The position numbers were made by a program, and so were the translations under genes. Shown one piece after another: positions 42,770-59,500 of a stretch of DNA of 64,000 bases. Within the stretch, counting starts at the first letter, position 1. The number at the start of each line of letters is the position of its first letter. The stretch is from the human T2T-CHM13v2.0 reference genome, Homo sapiens, in assembly GCF_009914755.1 (NCBI RefSeq), contig NC_060933.1; one strand, given 5' to 3'. Below the pieces are notes generated by a model. It had not been told where the DNA came from and made no database searches. It worked only from the letters and a program-made list of their open reading frames with translations.

Positions 42770-43998
42770 TGGTACTGGGAAAACCAGCTAGCCATATGCA
42801 GAAAACTGAAACTGGACCCCTTCCTTATGCCTTATACAAAAATTAACTCAAGATGGATTAAAGAGTTAAACATAAGACCCAAAACCATAAAAACCCTAGA
42901 AGAAAACCTAGGCAATACCATTCAGGACATAGGCATGGCCAAAGACTTCATAACTAAAACACCAAAAGCAATGGCAACAAAAGCCAAAATTGACAAATGG
43001 GATCTAATTAAACTAAAGAGCTTCTGCACAGCAAAAGAAACTATCATCAGAGTGAGTAGGCAACCTACAGAATGGGAGAAAATTTTTGCAATCTCTCTGT
43101 CAAAGAGCTAATATCCAGAATCTACAAGGAACTTAAACAAATTTACAAGAAAAAAACAACCCCATCAAAAAGTGGGCCAAGCATATGAACAGACACTTCC
43201 CAAAAGAAGACATTTATGTGGCCAACAAACATATGAAAAAAAGCTCATCATCACTGGTCATTAGAGAAATGTAAACCAAAACTACAATGAGATACCATCT
43301 CACGCCAGTTAGAATGGCAATCATTAAAAAGTCAGAAAACAACAGATGCTAGAGAGGATGTGGAGAACTAGGAACATTTTTACACTGTTGGTGGGAGTGT
43401 AAATTAGTTCAACCATTGTGGAAGACAGTGTGGTGATTCTTCAAGGACCTAGAACTAGAAATACCACTTGACCCAGCAATCCCATTACTGGGTATATACC
43501 TGAAGGATTATAAATCATTCTGCTATAAAGACACATGCACATGTATGTTTATTGCAGCACTATTCACAATAGCAAAGACTGGAAACCAACCCAAATGCCC
43601 ATCAATGATAGACTGGATAAAGAAAATGTGGCACATATACAGCATGGAATACTATACAGCCATAAAAAAGGATGAGTTCATGTCCTTGGCAGGGACATGG
43701 ATGAAGCTGGAAACCATCATTCTCAGCAAACTAGCACAGGAACAGAAAACCAAACACCACATGTTCTCACTCATAAGCAGGAGTTGAAGAATGAGAACAC
43801 ATAGACACAGGGAGGGGAACATCACACACTGGGGCCTGTCAGCGAGTGGGGGGCTAGGGGAGAGATAGCATTAGGAGAAATACCTAATGTAGACGACGGG
43901 TTGATGGGTGCAGCAAACCACCATGGCTTGTGTATACCTATGTAACAAACCTGCACGTTCTGCACATGTATCCCAGAACTTAAAGTATGTAAAAAAAA
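42770..43998 (+). mobile_element. 5'-truncated L1PA7-like element
   Basis: ORF2 C-terminal peptides [11 protein letters not shown] and [19 protein letters not shown]; 3'UTR; short A tail. Confidence 0.95.
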
Positions 43999-44399
43999 TT
44001 CAAACCCACAGAAAAAGTAAAAATATATGGCAATTCACTCTTTTGTACAAAAGCCACCTAGGAATATAAGTTGTTAACATGTTTCTAAAACAATAATCAC
44101 TGAGTTGTATATTCTTAAATGGTGAATTACATCTCAATTAAAAAAAAAATCTAAGGGGAAAAAAAAAAGAAATCATCACCACGATGACATCTAAATGTCT
44201 TCACAACTTTTGCAAAGAGTAAAAAGCACTTCGTCTCACATGAACTTAATACCTGGCCTGGGAATTATCAACCTATTTGAAATAATGGAATCTTTAAACT
44301 ACAGAACCATGATCAAGGAAAAAAGTCTTAATAAGTGTATATATGTATAATCATTTTACATATGTATAATATATAATAAATATATATGTTGTATATTAA

Positions 44400-44877
<478 letters not shown>

Positions 44878-45619
44878 ATACATATGCTGGTCACAAAGCA
44901 AGATACATACTGATTCAGGTCCAATTATCCCTTAGATAATTGGATGTTCAGAAAGTTAGAAAAAAAAGATGTTGATTCATTCTAATAAAATCTATCCTTT
45001 CTAAGATTCTCTTTGGCTTTTCCAAAATTTTCTTATGCATGAATAACTTAAGTTTTTCGTTTGTTTGTTTGTTTGTTTTTGTTCTGTTTTCTTTGCTACT
45101 CCTAAGGAAACATTTGCAACTATTGTTAAAATAGGAAGGATAATTAAAAGAGTCTGGATTGAGAAAATAATAGCTTGATACAAACTCAACATCAATAATC
45201 TTAAAGAAGCATTGGTAGCCTAAGTCAGCTTGTGACATTACACACACTAGCCTAATTCAGGTTCTGTACAAGCATAGATTTTTCCTCAACACAATTAAAA
45301 AAGTCCTGGCCAAGACAGTGTTTTTTAATGCTCAGTATTGTCAAAGGAACAATTATTCTCATATGCTGCTGGCAAAAATGAGTGACCTTCCCATGGGCAA
45401 CACCTCAATATATTTCAGAGCTTTAATATGTTGCTTAATTCAGACCTGAAATTGTATATGTAAACGTGATCTTCACAATAATTTAGCTACACGATTTTCC
45501 ACAGCTGTGCTGTTTATATTAAAATACTGAAGAAAAATATCCAAATATCCAACATCAGAGAACTAAGTGATTTTAAATGAAATAGGATTCACTTCTTTAA
45601 AAAAAAAATGAGGAAAATC

Positions 45620-45906
45620 TGTGATTGACACTGCAGGTTGCCTCATGTCAATATCATTCAGCCCCCAGCCTCTTCCTTTGGAATAGGTTCCTGATTTTGT
45701 TAATCTAGCTACCCCTACCCCTCCTCATGTAATTCAAGAAAGGTGACCCTCTGTCCAGTCCCCAGAGAGATCACACTCACTATAAGCCAACCAGAGTCAT
45801 ATCTTAACCTTTATCAGTGATGAGAGAAAACAGATTTATTTACTGCTAGGCCCATTTGACTTGAAACTTTCTGCTACTTACAATTCAATGCATCCAAAAT
45901 AATAGA
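45620..45906 (+). mobile_element. Old MaLR LTR (MLT1J/K-like) relic
   Basis: tgtgattgacactgc start and tttctgctacttacaattcaatgcatcc end. Confidence 0.5.
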
Positions 45907-46409
45907 TTATTTTAATATATTATTTTAAATAGCAAAAATACAAAACAGAACATAGCCTCTGGCTTCAGTTTTGTTAACCAATATTACATAAATGTGTTCA
46001 AAATTATTGTTTGTCTCACAAAGGATAATATTATTCATAAAATTTTGTCTGTGTGTTCTAAATGTATTATTGTGAACATGTATTGTAATTGAAGTAAGAA
46101 GATTTAAAACAGCATTTTTAAAAATCCCTACCAATATTAGTTAACATAAATAATTTACTGGTTATATTTGCTTATCTGGTTCCATAGCAACTGAGAACCA
46201 TGAATTCCTAGTTATATTTTAAGGAAGAGGATAACAAGATTCAAAGATTCTAATTTTGCTTCCATATCAGCAGGTATCATTTAGAATTAGGTCCCCCACT
46301 GAATTATTAGTCTGCACTGCAGCAGGTACTAGATGAGAAGATAAATATTGTCTAAAATTAAAAACATTTTCCTGTTGCTATTTTGATGTAATAATATAGC
46401 TTTATTATT

Positions 46410-47340
46410 TCATTAATTTATTTAAAGAACATTACTGAACATCTGTTATGTTCTAAGCAACATGCCAGCCAGGCAGAGAGAGATGACAAAGATGAATAAA
46501 AAGTGGCTACTGTCCTGCAGGAAGTCATATTCTAAAAGACAAAATACACATGTAAAAGTTTATATTATAATAACATACTACTGAAATAGAGGTATGCAAA
46601 GAGTAAATGGTAACATAAATAAGAAAGTGATGAGTTTCCATTATGTGACAGGGAAGATATACAGAGGCAATGGCACTTGATTTGGACCTTAAATAAATAG
46701 TAGAAACTACCTATGGACTGCAGACAGTAATTCTGGCAGAGGAAAAACAAAGAGGTGTGATTATAAATGGGGTATCCTGGGGAAATTCAATAGATTGGTT
46801 TGGCTGCAAGATAAGTATTACAGTGAACAATAGGAAGGGAAGAAGTTGGAAAAATAAAATGTATATTCACTTCAATCTTTAGGCAATGGGCAGCTGCCAA
46901 CCCTTTTGAAGTAAGTTGATCACATGATCAAATCTCTGTCTTAAATAACATTGGAAGACAATGTGAGGGAAAATGTGGAGATAGAGAAACTACTTAGAAA
47001 GGTACTGCAATAGTCCAGTAAGAAATAATGAGGGTGTAAACGGGCACCGTGACAATGAGGTTAGAGTTGATTGGAGAAGTAAGGGAGACATTTAAAGGTA
47101 GAACTGATGTCACATTGTGGCAGCTCTGCTGTAGAAGGATACAGGGCAAGAACTAATGACTCCATGTAGATAATTCCAGAACTAGGCAGATTGTAAATAT
47201 CTTAAATCGAATAGCAAAAGCAGAAAGTGGAATTGGTGTGGAGAAAAAAATGTACTGAGCCAGATTTTCCAAAGTGTGACTGAAATTCCTGAATTCCTGA
47301 GGGAGAGGCAGGTAAAGATGGTTAACAAGAATCTGGCAAT
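46410..47340 (-). mobile_element. L2 relic
   Basis: aacattactgaacatctgttatgttctaagca...ggtactgcaatagtccagtaagaaataatgagg. Confidence 0.7.
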
Positions 47341-48029
47341 ATCTTTATCCCTTTAGTTTCTATCTCTAACAAAGAAAGTTATATCTACAAATTACATCCA
47401 ATCTATAAATATTATTTAAGGGGAGAGTTGCAAAAAATCTTCCCTAACCATTAGCCTAAAGCAGCAGCAAAGAAGCTTGCCCTTTATTGAATGAGGGCAA
47501 ATTGAATGAGGAAAAAAATCATCAGGGATTAATCAAACCTAAAGTCTATTTTTTTTAGCTTGGAAATGGAGTTTGAATTTACAATACTCATTTGTTCTAT
47601 AAAACACAAGCTGTAACATTCACATTACACTATGTCCAGAGCTTTTGGAATGCCTGTAGTCCTAACAAAAGTATGACTTAGCATTCTCTGGAGAAACCCT
47701 TTCACATCTCAGAGCTCACAGGATTCCACCAGACTTGTTACCCCATCTGCAGAATAGTTACCAATAAAAAATTACAGACTGTCATGTAAGCACCATGAAG
47801 GGAACATCAACTGATTCATAAAACAGAAAACTAAATACCCTTACCTACCTAAAATAAACTAATAATAGGAAAGCAATTGTAAAGACATATAGGTAGACAA
47901 AGAGATAAATGGAAAAAAAAAATCAGGAAAAATATAAGAAAGGAATAAATAGACCTGAGAAAGAAGCTTCATGAAAACATTATCATTGAAATAAAAACTT
48001 CCATGGGTATGTCAGAATAAACTAACATA

Positions 48030-50050
<2,021 letters not shown>

Positions 50051-50129
50051 AAACCTAACCCCTCACAAAATTAGCAAGAGAAATAAGTATATCATGTTAG
50101 AAACGGTGCATGATGACATACGCAAAAGA

Positions 50130-50385
50130 GACAATACAGGACTGTGAGTAATAGCACATGCTTTGGGCTGTTGTCTGGATAAAATCCGAGCTCTGCCACC
50201 AGCCAGTTGGGTAACCTTGGGCAAGTTACACAACCACTCTGAGCTTCAGCTTTCTCATATGCAAAAAGGAGATAATACCTGTACCTACCGCATAGATTTA
50301 TTGCATTAGGCAAAATACATGCAATACTTTGAACAGTGAATGTGACATAATAAGCATTCAAATAATGTTTTTCATTATTATTGTT
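50130..50385 (+). mobile_element. MIR SINE
   Basis: ctctgccacc...accttgggcaagttacacaaccactctgagcttcagctttctcat. Confidence 0.85.
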
Positions 50386-50519
50386 AAAATCAAAACCAAA
50401 ATTCCAGAAGCAATATAACAATAATTTTTAATTGAGCTAAATTATAAAAATTTCTAGCAAAATATATGTTACCAAAGATGACTCAAGAACTGAAAAACAG
50501 GGGCAGAGTAAATTCATTA

Positions 50520-50745
<226 letters not shown>

Positions 50746-51299
50746 GAATGATCCTTTAGCAAGAAACTGAGACTATATCTTTAAACCATTTTGCCAGAAA
50801 TCCTAAGGGTCTGATGGGATGGATTGTGCCTTCATCCCATCTGAAAAAATTGGGGTCATCAGTGACTACAGCTATATTGTTTAGTGGCTGAGTTATCTCA
50901 CTAGTTCTGTATCTGGGTACCCAGGCCTATATGAACAGGAAGGGACTGAAGGCAAAGCAGTGGTTAGGCTCATACTGTTGCTGGTAATCTGGGCCAGCAC
51001 CATATCAGAGCTGACATCCCTTCCACAGGTGGAATGGGTTGCATTAAAATCTGTGAATAGTTGAGAGACAGAGAAACAATAAAGGTGAAAAAAAAGACTT
51101 ATGCAATAAGGAAAATACGATATTACATGATTGCCTTGAGAGAGGCTCAGAGGAAGAGAATAATATTGTCTTTTAGCACAATTAGACCAAATACTGGAGA
51201 GAGTAAAGCCACATGTTTGCCAAGACCACCAACTCCTTTGCAACCTGACAATGCAGAATGGAAACCTGCAAACCTGAGTGGCATCACAGTGGATTCCAT

Positions 51300-51790
51300 T
51301 CTGGTCAGATGTGATGGATGAGCCGGAACGGTGGTTAATAACTGAAAGGAACTCTAGTCATATGCCAGTATCTTTTGATTCTTATTTTTCAGGTTACATC
51401 TATTATGTGAGATATCATTTGGGAAGAAATTTCTAGGAATTATTCTCTGCTGAGCCATCAAATCATACAGTATGCAACTCTTGGCAGACAGATGACCGTG
51501 TAAATGTAAACCTTGGTGACCACATGTTTTAAAAGGTTCCTGTCCATAACATATAAAACATAGCAGTTGCATGCTGTAGTGTACTTTATATGAATACATT
51601 TCACACTTGATGTCTGTTTTCCTCTGGACTTCTCCTATGTGCCTTTTCACTCTACTGACTTTGCTCTGTGTCCTTTCACTATAGTTTATAGTAATAAACT
51701 ATAACTGTTAATATAATGACGTTGGAGTCCTGTCAGTGCTTCCAGCAAAACACCAAATCCGGGGGAGGTCTTGGCAACCCCTGACCCAAA
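51300..51790 (+). mobile_element. ERVL-class LTR 3' part (MER21/68/77-like); 5' boundary uncertain
   Basis: aataaactataactg...gagtcctgtcagtgcttccagcaaaacaccaaatccgggggaggtcttggcaacccctgac. Confidence 0.55.
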
Positions 51791-52650
51791 TACTTCCTCG
51801 AATTCTCCAGTATCTTGCATATAGTAGTCACTTATTTAAAGTTCTATAGATGAATGCATCACCTAGACATAACACTATGCACATACATGTCTTCCAACAC
51901 TAAAGTATATTTTGGGTGACATTCAGCAAAAGGGTGTTTTAAGTTAGTCACCAGAACAAATTGCCACAATCCAATTGACTTTTCCTATAACTAGAAACAA
52001 ACAAACAGATTATTTGTGTTTTCTTCCTCAGAATACATCACAAGAAAATTGGAAAACAGATATTTAAAATAAGCAAATAAAAAAGAAGAGAGAAAGTCCT
52101 TTCTAACAATAATGTTGTGAGGTTAAGAGAGAAGCCCTGTAAAAAAGCAAATAGCAAATAAAAGCAACTGTAAGACTCAAAGACAAATGAGAAGAAACCT
52201 CTAGCCCTAAACTTAAGTGTAAATAAAATACATATCCTTTGAAATAGAAAGAATAAATGGGGAAAGAAAAATGTCAATTCCTAAAAAGAAAAAAGAAAGA
52301 AATCAATAGGCTAGATGACAAAGGTAGACTAGAAGAGAAAGGTAAGATGTAAATGTGAGGATAGAACAGAGAACACCATCAGCACTGAAGATAAGTCATA
52401 TGCATAAATGTGGGAATGGCATTTGTCTGTTCAGACATATCCGCTGCATTTAAATACTATCTCCAGGACTATGTTTATAGCCATTCACCTTTATTAGGGA
52501 ATCTAGTCCAGTAATCATTAGCATGGTTGAAATAGCATGAAAATAGTAATTGTCTGATATACTTAGGTACCATATCTTAGTTCCTTGGAGTATTTTAATA
52601 AAATTTGTTTTTTTATTCTCAAGTTTTTATGAGACAAATAGGGTATTACT

Positions 52651-52757
52651 ACTTCTCATCCAGGGTCACCCTTACAAACAAACCCAGAATAATGTTTGAC
52701 CAAATGTCTGGGCACCTTGTGGCCCAATCAAGTTGACACACCAAATTAACCATCACA
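52651..52757 (-). mobile_element. MLT2 LTR 5' fragment
   Basis: ccaatcaagttgacacaccaaattaaccatcaca is the reverse of the MLT2 start TGTGATGGTTAAT. Confidence 0.8.
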
Positions 52758-53044
52758 GTCAGAAGCAGTTGATGAATAGGAACCCTCTCATGTGATACGG
52801 GGTTTAAAACTCTGGCCAAAATGACATGAGCAGATGATAACATGCTGCATTTAATAGCATGGCAAAAGCAGTAGCCTGCACTAAGTGAAATGGAAATGCC
52901 AAAGCTGCCATGGCAGATGATGAAAGAAGAGAAGTGGGCTTGCTAGAATGGAAAGAATACTTCAGGCCAGAAAACCCACCTGATCACCATGTTTCATGGG
53001 CAGACCCAGAGGAGGCTCCACTTACAAAAGCAATAAGAAATGTA

Positions 53045-53336
<292 letters not shown>

Positions 53337-53647
53337 TGCAGAATGTACAGATGAGAGGGGTATCAGTGGCACTGAAAAGCTCATTGGTAGCTCTGCTTTA
53401 TAGGCCAAGGCTGCTGCTGTTATAGAACTTGGCTTTCTGATTAGCAATAGGGGATTATAGGATTGCCAAAGTAATAGAGGCCAGGTAGCAGCACTCAATT
53501 GTCAGAAGGCAAGGCAGCATGTTTATTGTAGTGAGCAGCAAGCTTGGATGCCCACAAGTGGGGTCTAATCTAAGGACGGGTATAGTATGAGTAATAAAGC
53601 ATGACATTCCTAAAGGCAAGATCAATGGGCAACAAACTGAAGTGTTA

Positions 53648-53815
<168 letters not shown>

Positions 53816-55009
53816 CTAGGATGATTAGGAAGCTGACCACGAGACAGCTTCAAGTGACAGTGTGTTCAGTGTTCAGACAGCCCATTACACTCAGAATTCT
53901 ATCAGACTCACAAAGACACAAGGTCAGGCGAGCCCAACAGCAATTCATTATAAGATGGAATTGGTATATCCAGAGTTGGGCATGAGTAGGGCAAATGGCA
54001 AAAGTAAGCTGCACAAACACATGGCCAGTTCTCTTGTCATCCATCATAACTGAGACTCTGCACCTCTTGTCCTGGGGCTTCCTTAAAAATCTGTTGAAGG
54101 AGTAGAAAGTCTAAGCTTGGGACATGGATTAGTTGGGTCAGCATGTGGATCCAAACTGAAAACAAACAACAACTGCATTTTAGCCTCATTCAGGGATGAT
54201 GCTGAAGTCAGTCGTGAGGGGGAATCCTAATGTGCAGAGCTTTGGGCAGTGCAACCAGTCATTGAATTTGTGGGAAAAGAGAAATGGCCTGGGGATATTA
54301 TAAAAATAAACACAAGGGCAATGACGAATGGCGTGGCTGGTTGATTAGGAGCCTGGAAGGAGAAAAAGCTAAAGATAGAGTACATGGAGATCTGGGAAGA
54401 GGTAGGTGCATGGATCTGTAAATGAAGAAATGATATGTGAAGAATTTTGTATCACATGGTCCTGAACAGGCAGTAAATAACTAGTTAGACTGAATGCTTG
54501 GCTAGTTGACTTCAGACAGCTTTTGCCATTTTCCACCCTAGTGCTGTCAGTTCAACAAATCTGATGGAGTTACTGCCACTCCTGAAAGCCCAACCTGCCA
54601 GTAACAAAGATAAAAAGTGAGCTCCTTGAAGAGTCCAATCAGCTCGGTGGCAGTCAATTAAATTCATTGGATGCCTTTAACCCTAGAAAATGAAGTGATT
54701 CATTTTTAACTAGAACTAACACAAACTTGACATGAGTTTGCTTTTACTCCCTGTAGTACCTCAGTCAACACCACCATAATGGACTTGCAGCATGTTTGAT
54801 CCATTAGCTCAGGATACTGAATAATATCATGTGGGATCAGGGGACCTATTTTACAGAAAAGAGGGTGTGCTAGCGCACACGAGATCATATAATTCATCAA
54901 GTTTATCACACACTTCACTACCTGGAAGCTTATCCTCAACAGCCTGTTGAGGGCTTGGCTTAAGTGCTGGTTTGGAGATGATACCCTGCAAAGGTGAGGC
55001 GCCATCATT

Positions 55010-55218
55010 TAAATCAACCCTGGCAGGATTGGCACTTTGAGCTGGGTAAGTCTTTGTTGTGCTGTCCTTTGTGTTGTGAAATGTTTAGCAACATCCCTGG
55101 CTCTGTCCACTAGATGCGCATAGCAAACCTCCTCCCCAACTTGTGGCACACAAAATGTATCCACACATTGCAATATATCCCTTAAGAAGACAAAAACACC
55201 GTCAGCTAAGAACCACTG
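55010..55218. mobile_element. MER20-like hAT-Charlie element
   Basis: atgtttagcaacatccctggctctgtccactagatgc...aagaaccactg. Confidence 0.85.
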
Positions 55219-55882
55219 CTCTAAATCAACAATTGTAGCATGACCCTAATAGCAAAATACGACTACTCTCAGCGACCAACTCAGGGAATTTGTGCATCCT
55301 GTGCCTGCGACTCTGAGATCTGTGTGTTTAATAGTTTTGGCTGCCAGAGAAGGAATATATATCCACAAGGGAGCAGAGTAAAAATCCCATTCAATTTTAA
55401 GCTATGGCTGTCATCTTGTCACCCCCCAGGTGCCAAAAGAAAAGAAGACAAATAAAGGAATCACCATCATTTTGACAGGAATTGACTTTGATGGTCAGGA
55501 GGGGGTAGGGCCTCTGTTACATAATAGGGACAGGGAAGCATTTGTTTTGAAATAAGGTGACTACTTGTGTGTTTGTTTCCTGGTATTCCATTACCCAATT
55601 TTAATGGTAAATGGGACTCAGACCCATGAAAAAAGAGGAGTTGAGTCAACTTCCTCTTCCCCAGGTAAGCCACCTAGACTGCAGAGGTCCTGATGATTCT
55701 AGACTAGATAGTAGGAAAAGAAAATGATAAATATCAGTGACAATGAAAAGGACTGTAATTTGTCACATTAACTCCCCTCTTGTTACTTCAAGAAAGAGGT
55801 CCACCAGAATCTTCCAGGAGCATTACAGAACTTTCAGCAAAAAAAAAAAAAAAAATTGATCCAAGCAGTACAAGCTATGGAC

Positions 55883-56060
55883 TGCAGTGGGTATGGTGGA
55901 GTCCTCTTCACTGTGGCATTCAAGCATTCCTTTCTCAGCTGCTGAAAGTGGTGGCAGCAGACAGCCTTTAGCTGAGTCCCTCTTCAGGGATTGCCTGCAG
56001 CTGATGACAGCTGCCCATCCCAAGACCTTTCCCACGTCCAATATCTAACAGATGTGGTTT
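55883..56060 (+). mobile_element. LTR16-like 3' LTR, truncated
   Basis: tgcagtgggtatggtgg...cagctgctgaaagtg...agctgagtccctcttcagggattgcc directly after the internal region. Confidence 0.75.
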
Positions 56061-56251
56061 CCCACGTAACCCAAACTGCATAGATTCATATAGTTAATAT
56101 TTATGTTATTATTCATGTAGTTGACAATGAGACTTGATCTAGTCGCTGTCCCTTAACACTCCACGATGTTTAAGCTCTTTGTCTTTGTTCAGCATCCTCC
56201 CTTACAATCCTTGAACATCTAACCTAAAACCCTTTCTTCCTCCTAACCTCC

Positions 56252-56620
56252 TGCTGTGGACTGAATTGTGCCCTCTAAAATTTGTACATTGAAACCCTAA
56301 CTCCCAATGCAATGATATTTGGATATTGGGATTTCGGGAGATAATTAGGTTTAAATGAAGTCCTGAGGGCAGGACCCTCATGATGGCACCAGTAACCTTA
56401 TAAGGAGAGAAAGAAACACTGCCAGAGGTTTCTCTGCCTAGGAGGACACAGCAAAAAGGCGGGTTCCTGTAAGCCATGAAAAGAGACCTTCTCAGAACCT
56501 GACCATGCTGATGGCCTTGATCTTGGACTTCCAGCCTCCAGAACTATAAGAAAATAAACGTCTGTTATTTAAGCCACTGGTCTGTGGTATTTTGTATGGC
56601 TGCCTGAACTGACAAATGTA
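56252..56620 (+). mobile_element. MLT1A-like MaLR solo LTR
   Basis: tgctgtggactgaattgtg...cttggacttccagcctccagaact...aataaa; TSD cctcc/cctac. Confidence 0.9.
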
Positions 56621-56729
56621 CCTACGAATAACAATAATATTAATAGGTTTGGAAGGATTCGTTTGTTAAATGCTCCAGGCCCATGTTGGATGCTTCATTT
56701 GTTAAATGCTCCAGGCCCGTGGTGTTTGG

Positions 56730-58330
56730 GAACAAATATTATTTTCTAATTCTATCAGTTTTTTCCATGATTATTGTCCTGTTTAGGTTTCCCCTTTTCA
56801 CAATTTGGCAATTTCTATCTTCCCAGGAAATTATCCATTCCAGGATCCCAAATGTATTTTAATAGAGTTACATAATTTTTTAAAATTTTCTTTTTGATTT
56901 ACTATTTTCTGTTTTCTGTGGTTTCTTTATTAAGCTAGCAAATGAATTCTCTAGTTTATTGGCTTTTTCCCTTAAAGAATCTTTTCATGGATCATCTTTT
57001 TTATACTAAATTTTTCCTCACTTTTTAAAATTATTTTCTGCTTCTAGCTTATGTCCTTCCTTCTGTTTCATTTGGCTTAATTTGTTGTTCCTTTTCTAAT
57101 TTCTCATGTAGAATATATAGAATGTAATTTACTTATTTTATCATTCTTTTTTGTTTAGCAAGATGAATATTAAAAGCTTTGTGCTTTTCTCCAATCAAAG
57201 ATTTATCCACATGCCATAGGTCTTTAAAGTTGTATTTTTATTATGATTTTCTTAGTTGGTTTTTTTAATTTACTCTTTGATCCAAATGTAATTAAAGAGG
57301 GCAGATTGTATAAATTACAAAATATTTAGAATTTTTTGTTAGCTTGTAACTTACTTCTATATACGCTGCTATTTGGTGACAGATATGGAATGATCTTTTC
57401 AATTTGACTTTTCTGGTGATAAAATGTTTGGCTGATAAAAACAATCTTATCCCATTCATCACTGTTGTTATAGCAAGTTTGGCTTAATTGGGCCTTTTAT
57501 TTTTTCTTGCAGTTTCCCATAATTTTATTATCTGCTCTCTGGTATATATCTTCTTTCTTCTCTTACTCTTTCCACCCCAAATTTAGAAAGCATATGGTCT
57601 GTTATTAGATTTTATCTTCATGCTTCTATTTCTTTTCACCATTTCTTTAAAAGTAAACAGGAATTAATTCTTTCACTTTTTTAAAAGTAAAAAAAATCAT
57701 AATGAGACTTTAGCTTGGTGCATTATAATTATACAAATATTATATTTTATGTATGCATTTCTTTCCATATTTATAACATTTAAATTTTGCTGCATAACAA
57801 TAATTCCAAACATAATCTTAGTTCTACATTTAAATAGGTTCAATACTAGTTTTTTGATTGAACAGCTCCTCCATCTCTGTGTTCTTTGTTTCGATTATTC
57901 TCTTGGTTGATGTGATTTTACTTACAAGTAGTAGTTTCAAAGACATTTTATGTATGTTTTAGTCCATGGGTTCTTGTATATTTGAAAATCTCTGGTACTT
58001 TTATAAACAGATGATATCTTGACTTGGTATTCCCCTTCCAAAATCTATAGACCTTGCGTTATTGTCTTGTGGCACTGAAGAATGCTGAACCAGCCTTATT
58101 CTCCTCTCATAAAGGTGACCTTTTATCATCTGTCCATGTAACCACAGGATTCTTTCTTTTTCCTTTAATTTTAGAAGGTTTGCCACCTTAGGTCTTCATG
58201 TTGATCATTCTTGATGACCCTAGTTATATAATCAGATTTTCCTTAATTTCAAGCAGGAAGATTGTGGCTTTATAATATTGTTATTCATGACTTTTACTTT
58301 TTTCTGTTACAAACCTAATATGGACATTCT
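56730..58330 (-). mobile_element. Very old L1M/HAL1-like relic
   Basis: T-rich decayed reverse LINE-like sequence. Confidence 0.5.
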
Positions 58331-58339
58331 CTGTGCCTT

Positions 58340-59110
58340 TGGACACATAGCTGTTCATGGATGTGAAATAGCTTCCAGGATATATTGTTAAGTGAAAAAG
58401 TACAAAATATTAAATATAGTATAACTTTTATACAAAAATCATAAATATATCTGCTTCTTTTTGCAAATAGAAACACAGAAAATCTGAATTAGAAATTAAT
58501 GAAATTAATCACCTATGGAGAAGTGGATGAGCAGAAGGGAAAAGGGATGAAGTATATACTTTTAATACTTGGAATAACTTCAGTATTTCACATAGACAAT
58601 AAATTTAAACGAACAAGAATGGGGGGAATCCTAAAACTGAATGCACAAAGAAACAAACACATCTGCATTTTAAATGAACGGGGGAACAGAACCTACCCAA
58701 GTACTTTTTGAACACTATAATTTGACTATATACTCTTAGCCTTAAAAAAACTAAAAACTGCAAATATATAGTGAACTATTCTTAGTAGGTTTACTTTTTT
58801 TAGTGGTGTGGATATGAAAACTTTGAAACTATTTTGGGCTTATAAAGGCATCAAACAAGGGAATGAATATATTCATGTTGTTGAAAGTCCCACTTCTCAC
58901 AACAGAGCTACCAAGGTGAAGTCAGAGAAGGCAGAAAGGAGCTCCACAGGCTTGCACTTGAGGTATCAATGTAAACTCACAATTCCTGATATATGCATGC
59001 ATATGCACACACACATTTTTTTTTTTCCTAGCTCTCTCTACTAAGGGGAGCCAGTAAGCAAACCTAGGCCCCAAGTTTATATTTTAAGTATTATTTCCCA
59101 GTAAAAGGAA
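58340..59110 (+). mobile_element. Old L1MC/MD-like 3' UTR relic
   Basis: tccaggatatattgttaagtgaaaaag; gcacttgaggtatcaatgtaaactc. Confidence 0.6.
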
Positions 59111-59500
59111 GATGTCAAATGTGAAGTGGTACATACCAAGTGAAAAGAGTTCAGTCATATTCCTTCTTTTACCAATTGAGATTCTTGTAGACTGAGATCT
59201 TTTCCAACCCTCCCAGCCTATCTCTCTGATGTTATTATAAGATGAGATAATAGCGAGGATTCTCCCTCACCACACTCCTCACCATGGTGTTCACTGGGCT
59301 ACTCTCCCAAGGTAAAATTCTCTATTCTGAGTTGTTCCCTCCTTTCTTCCTCTTGCTAGTTTTTTTTGGTTTTTGTTTCATTTTCTTTTTTGCATTCAGA
59401 GTTGTGGTCCCTAAACTAGCATAAGTAAAAGGCTCAAGACAGATAAAAGAGAAAAGATAACAAAGATTAAAGAAAAGATAACAAAGCTTAAAAAAAACTC

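Noticed and set aside
56662-56718. CRISPR-like repeat-spacer-repeat
   Set aside because: Only two units, 15-nt spacer, primate DNA, no cas genes
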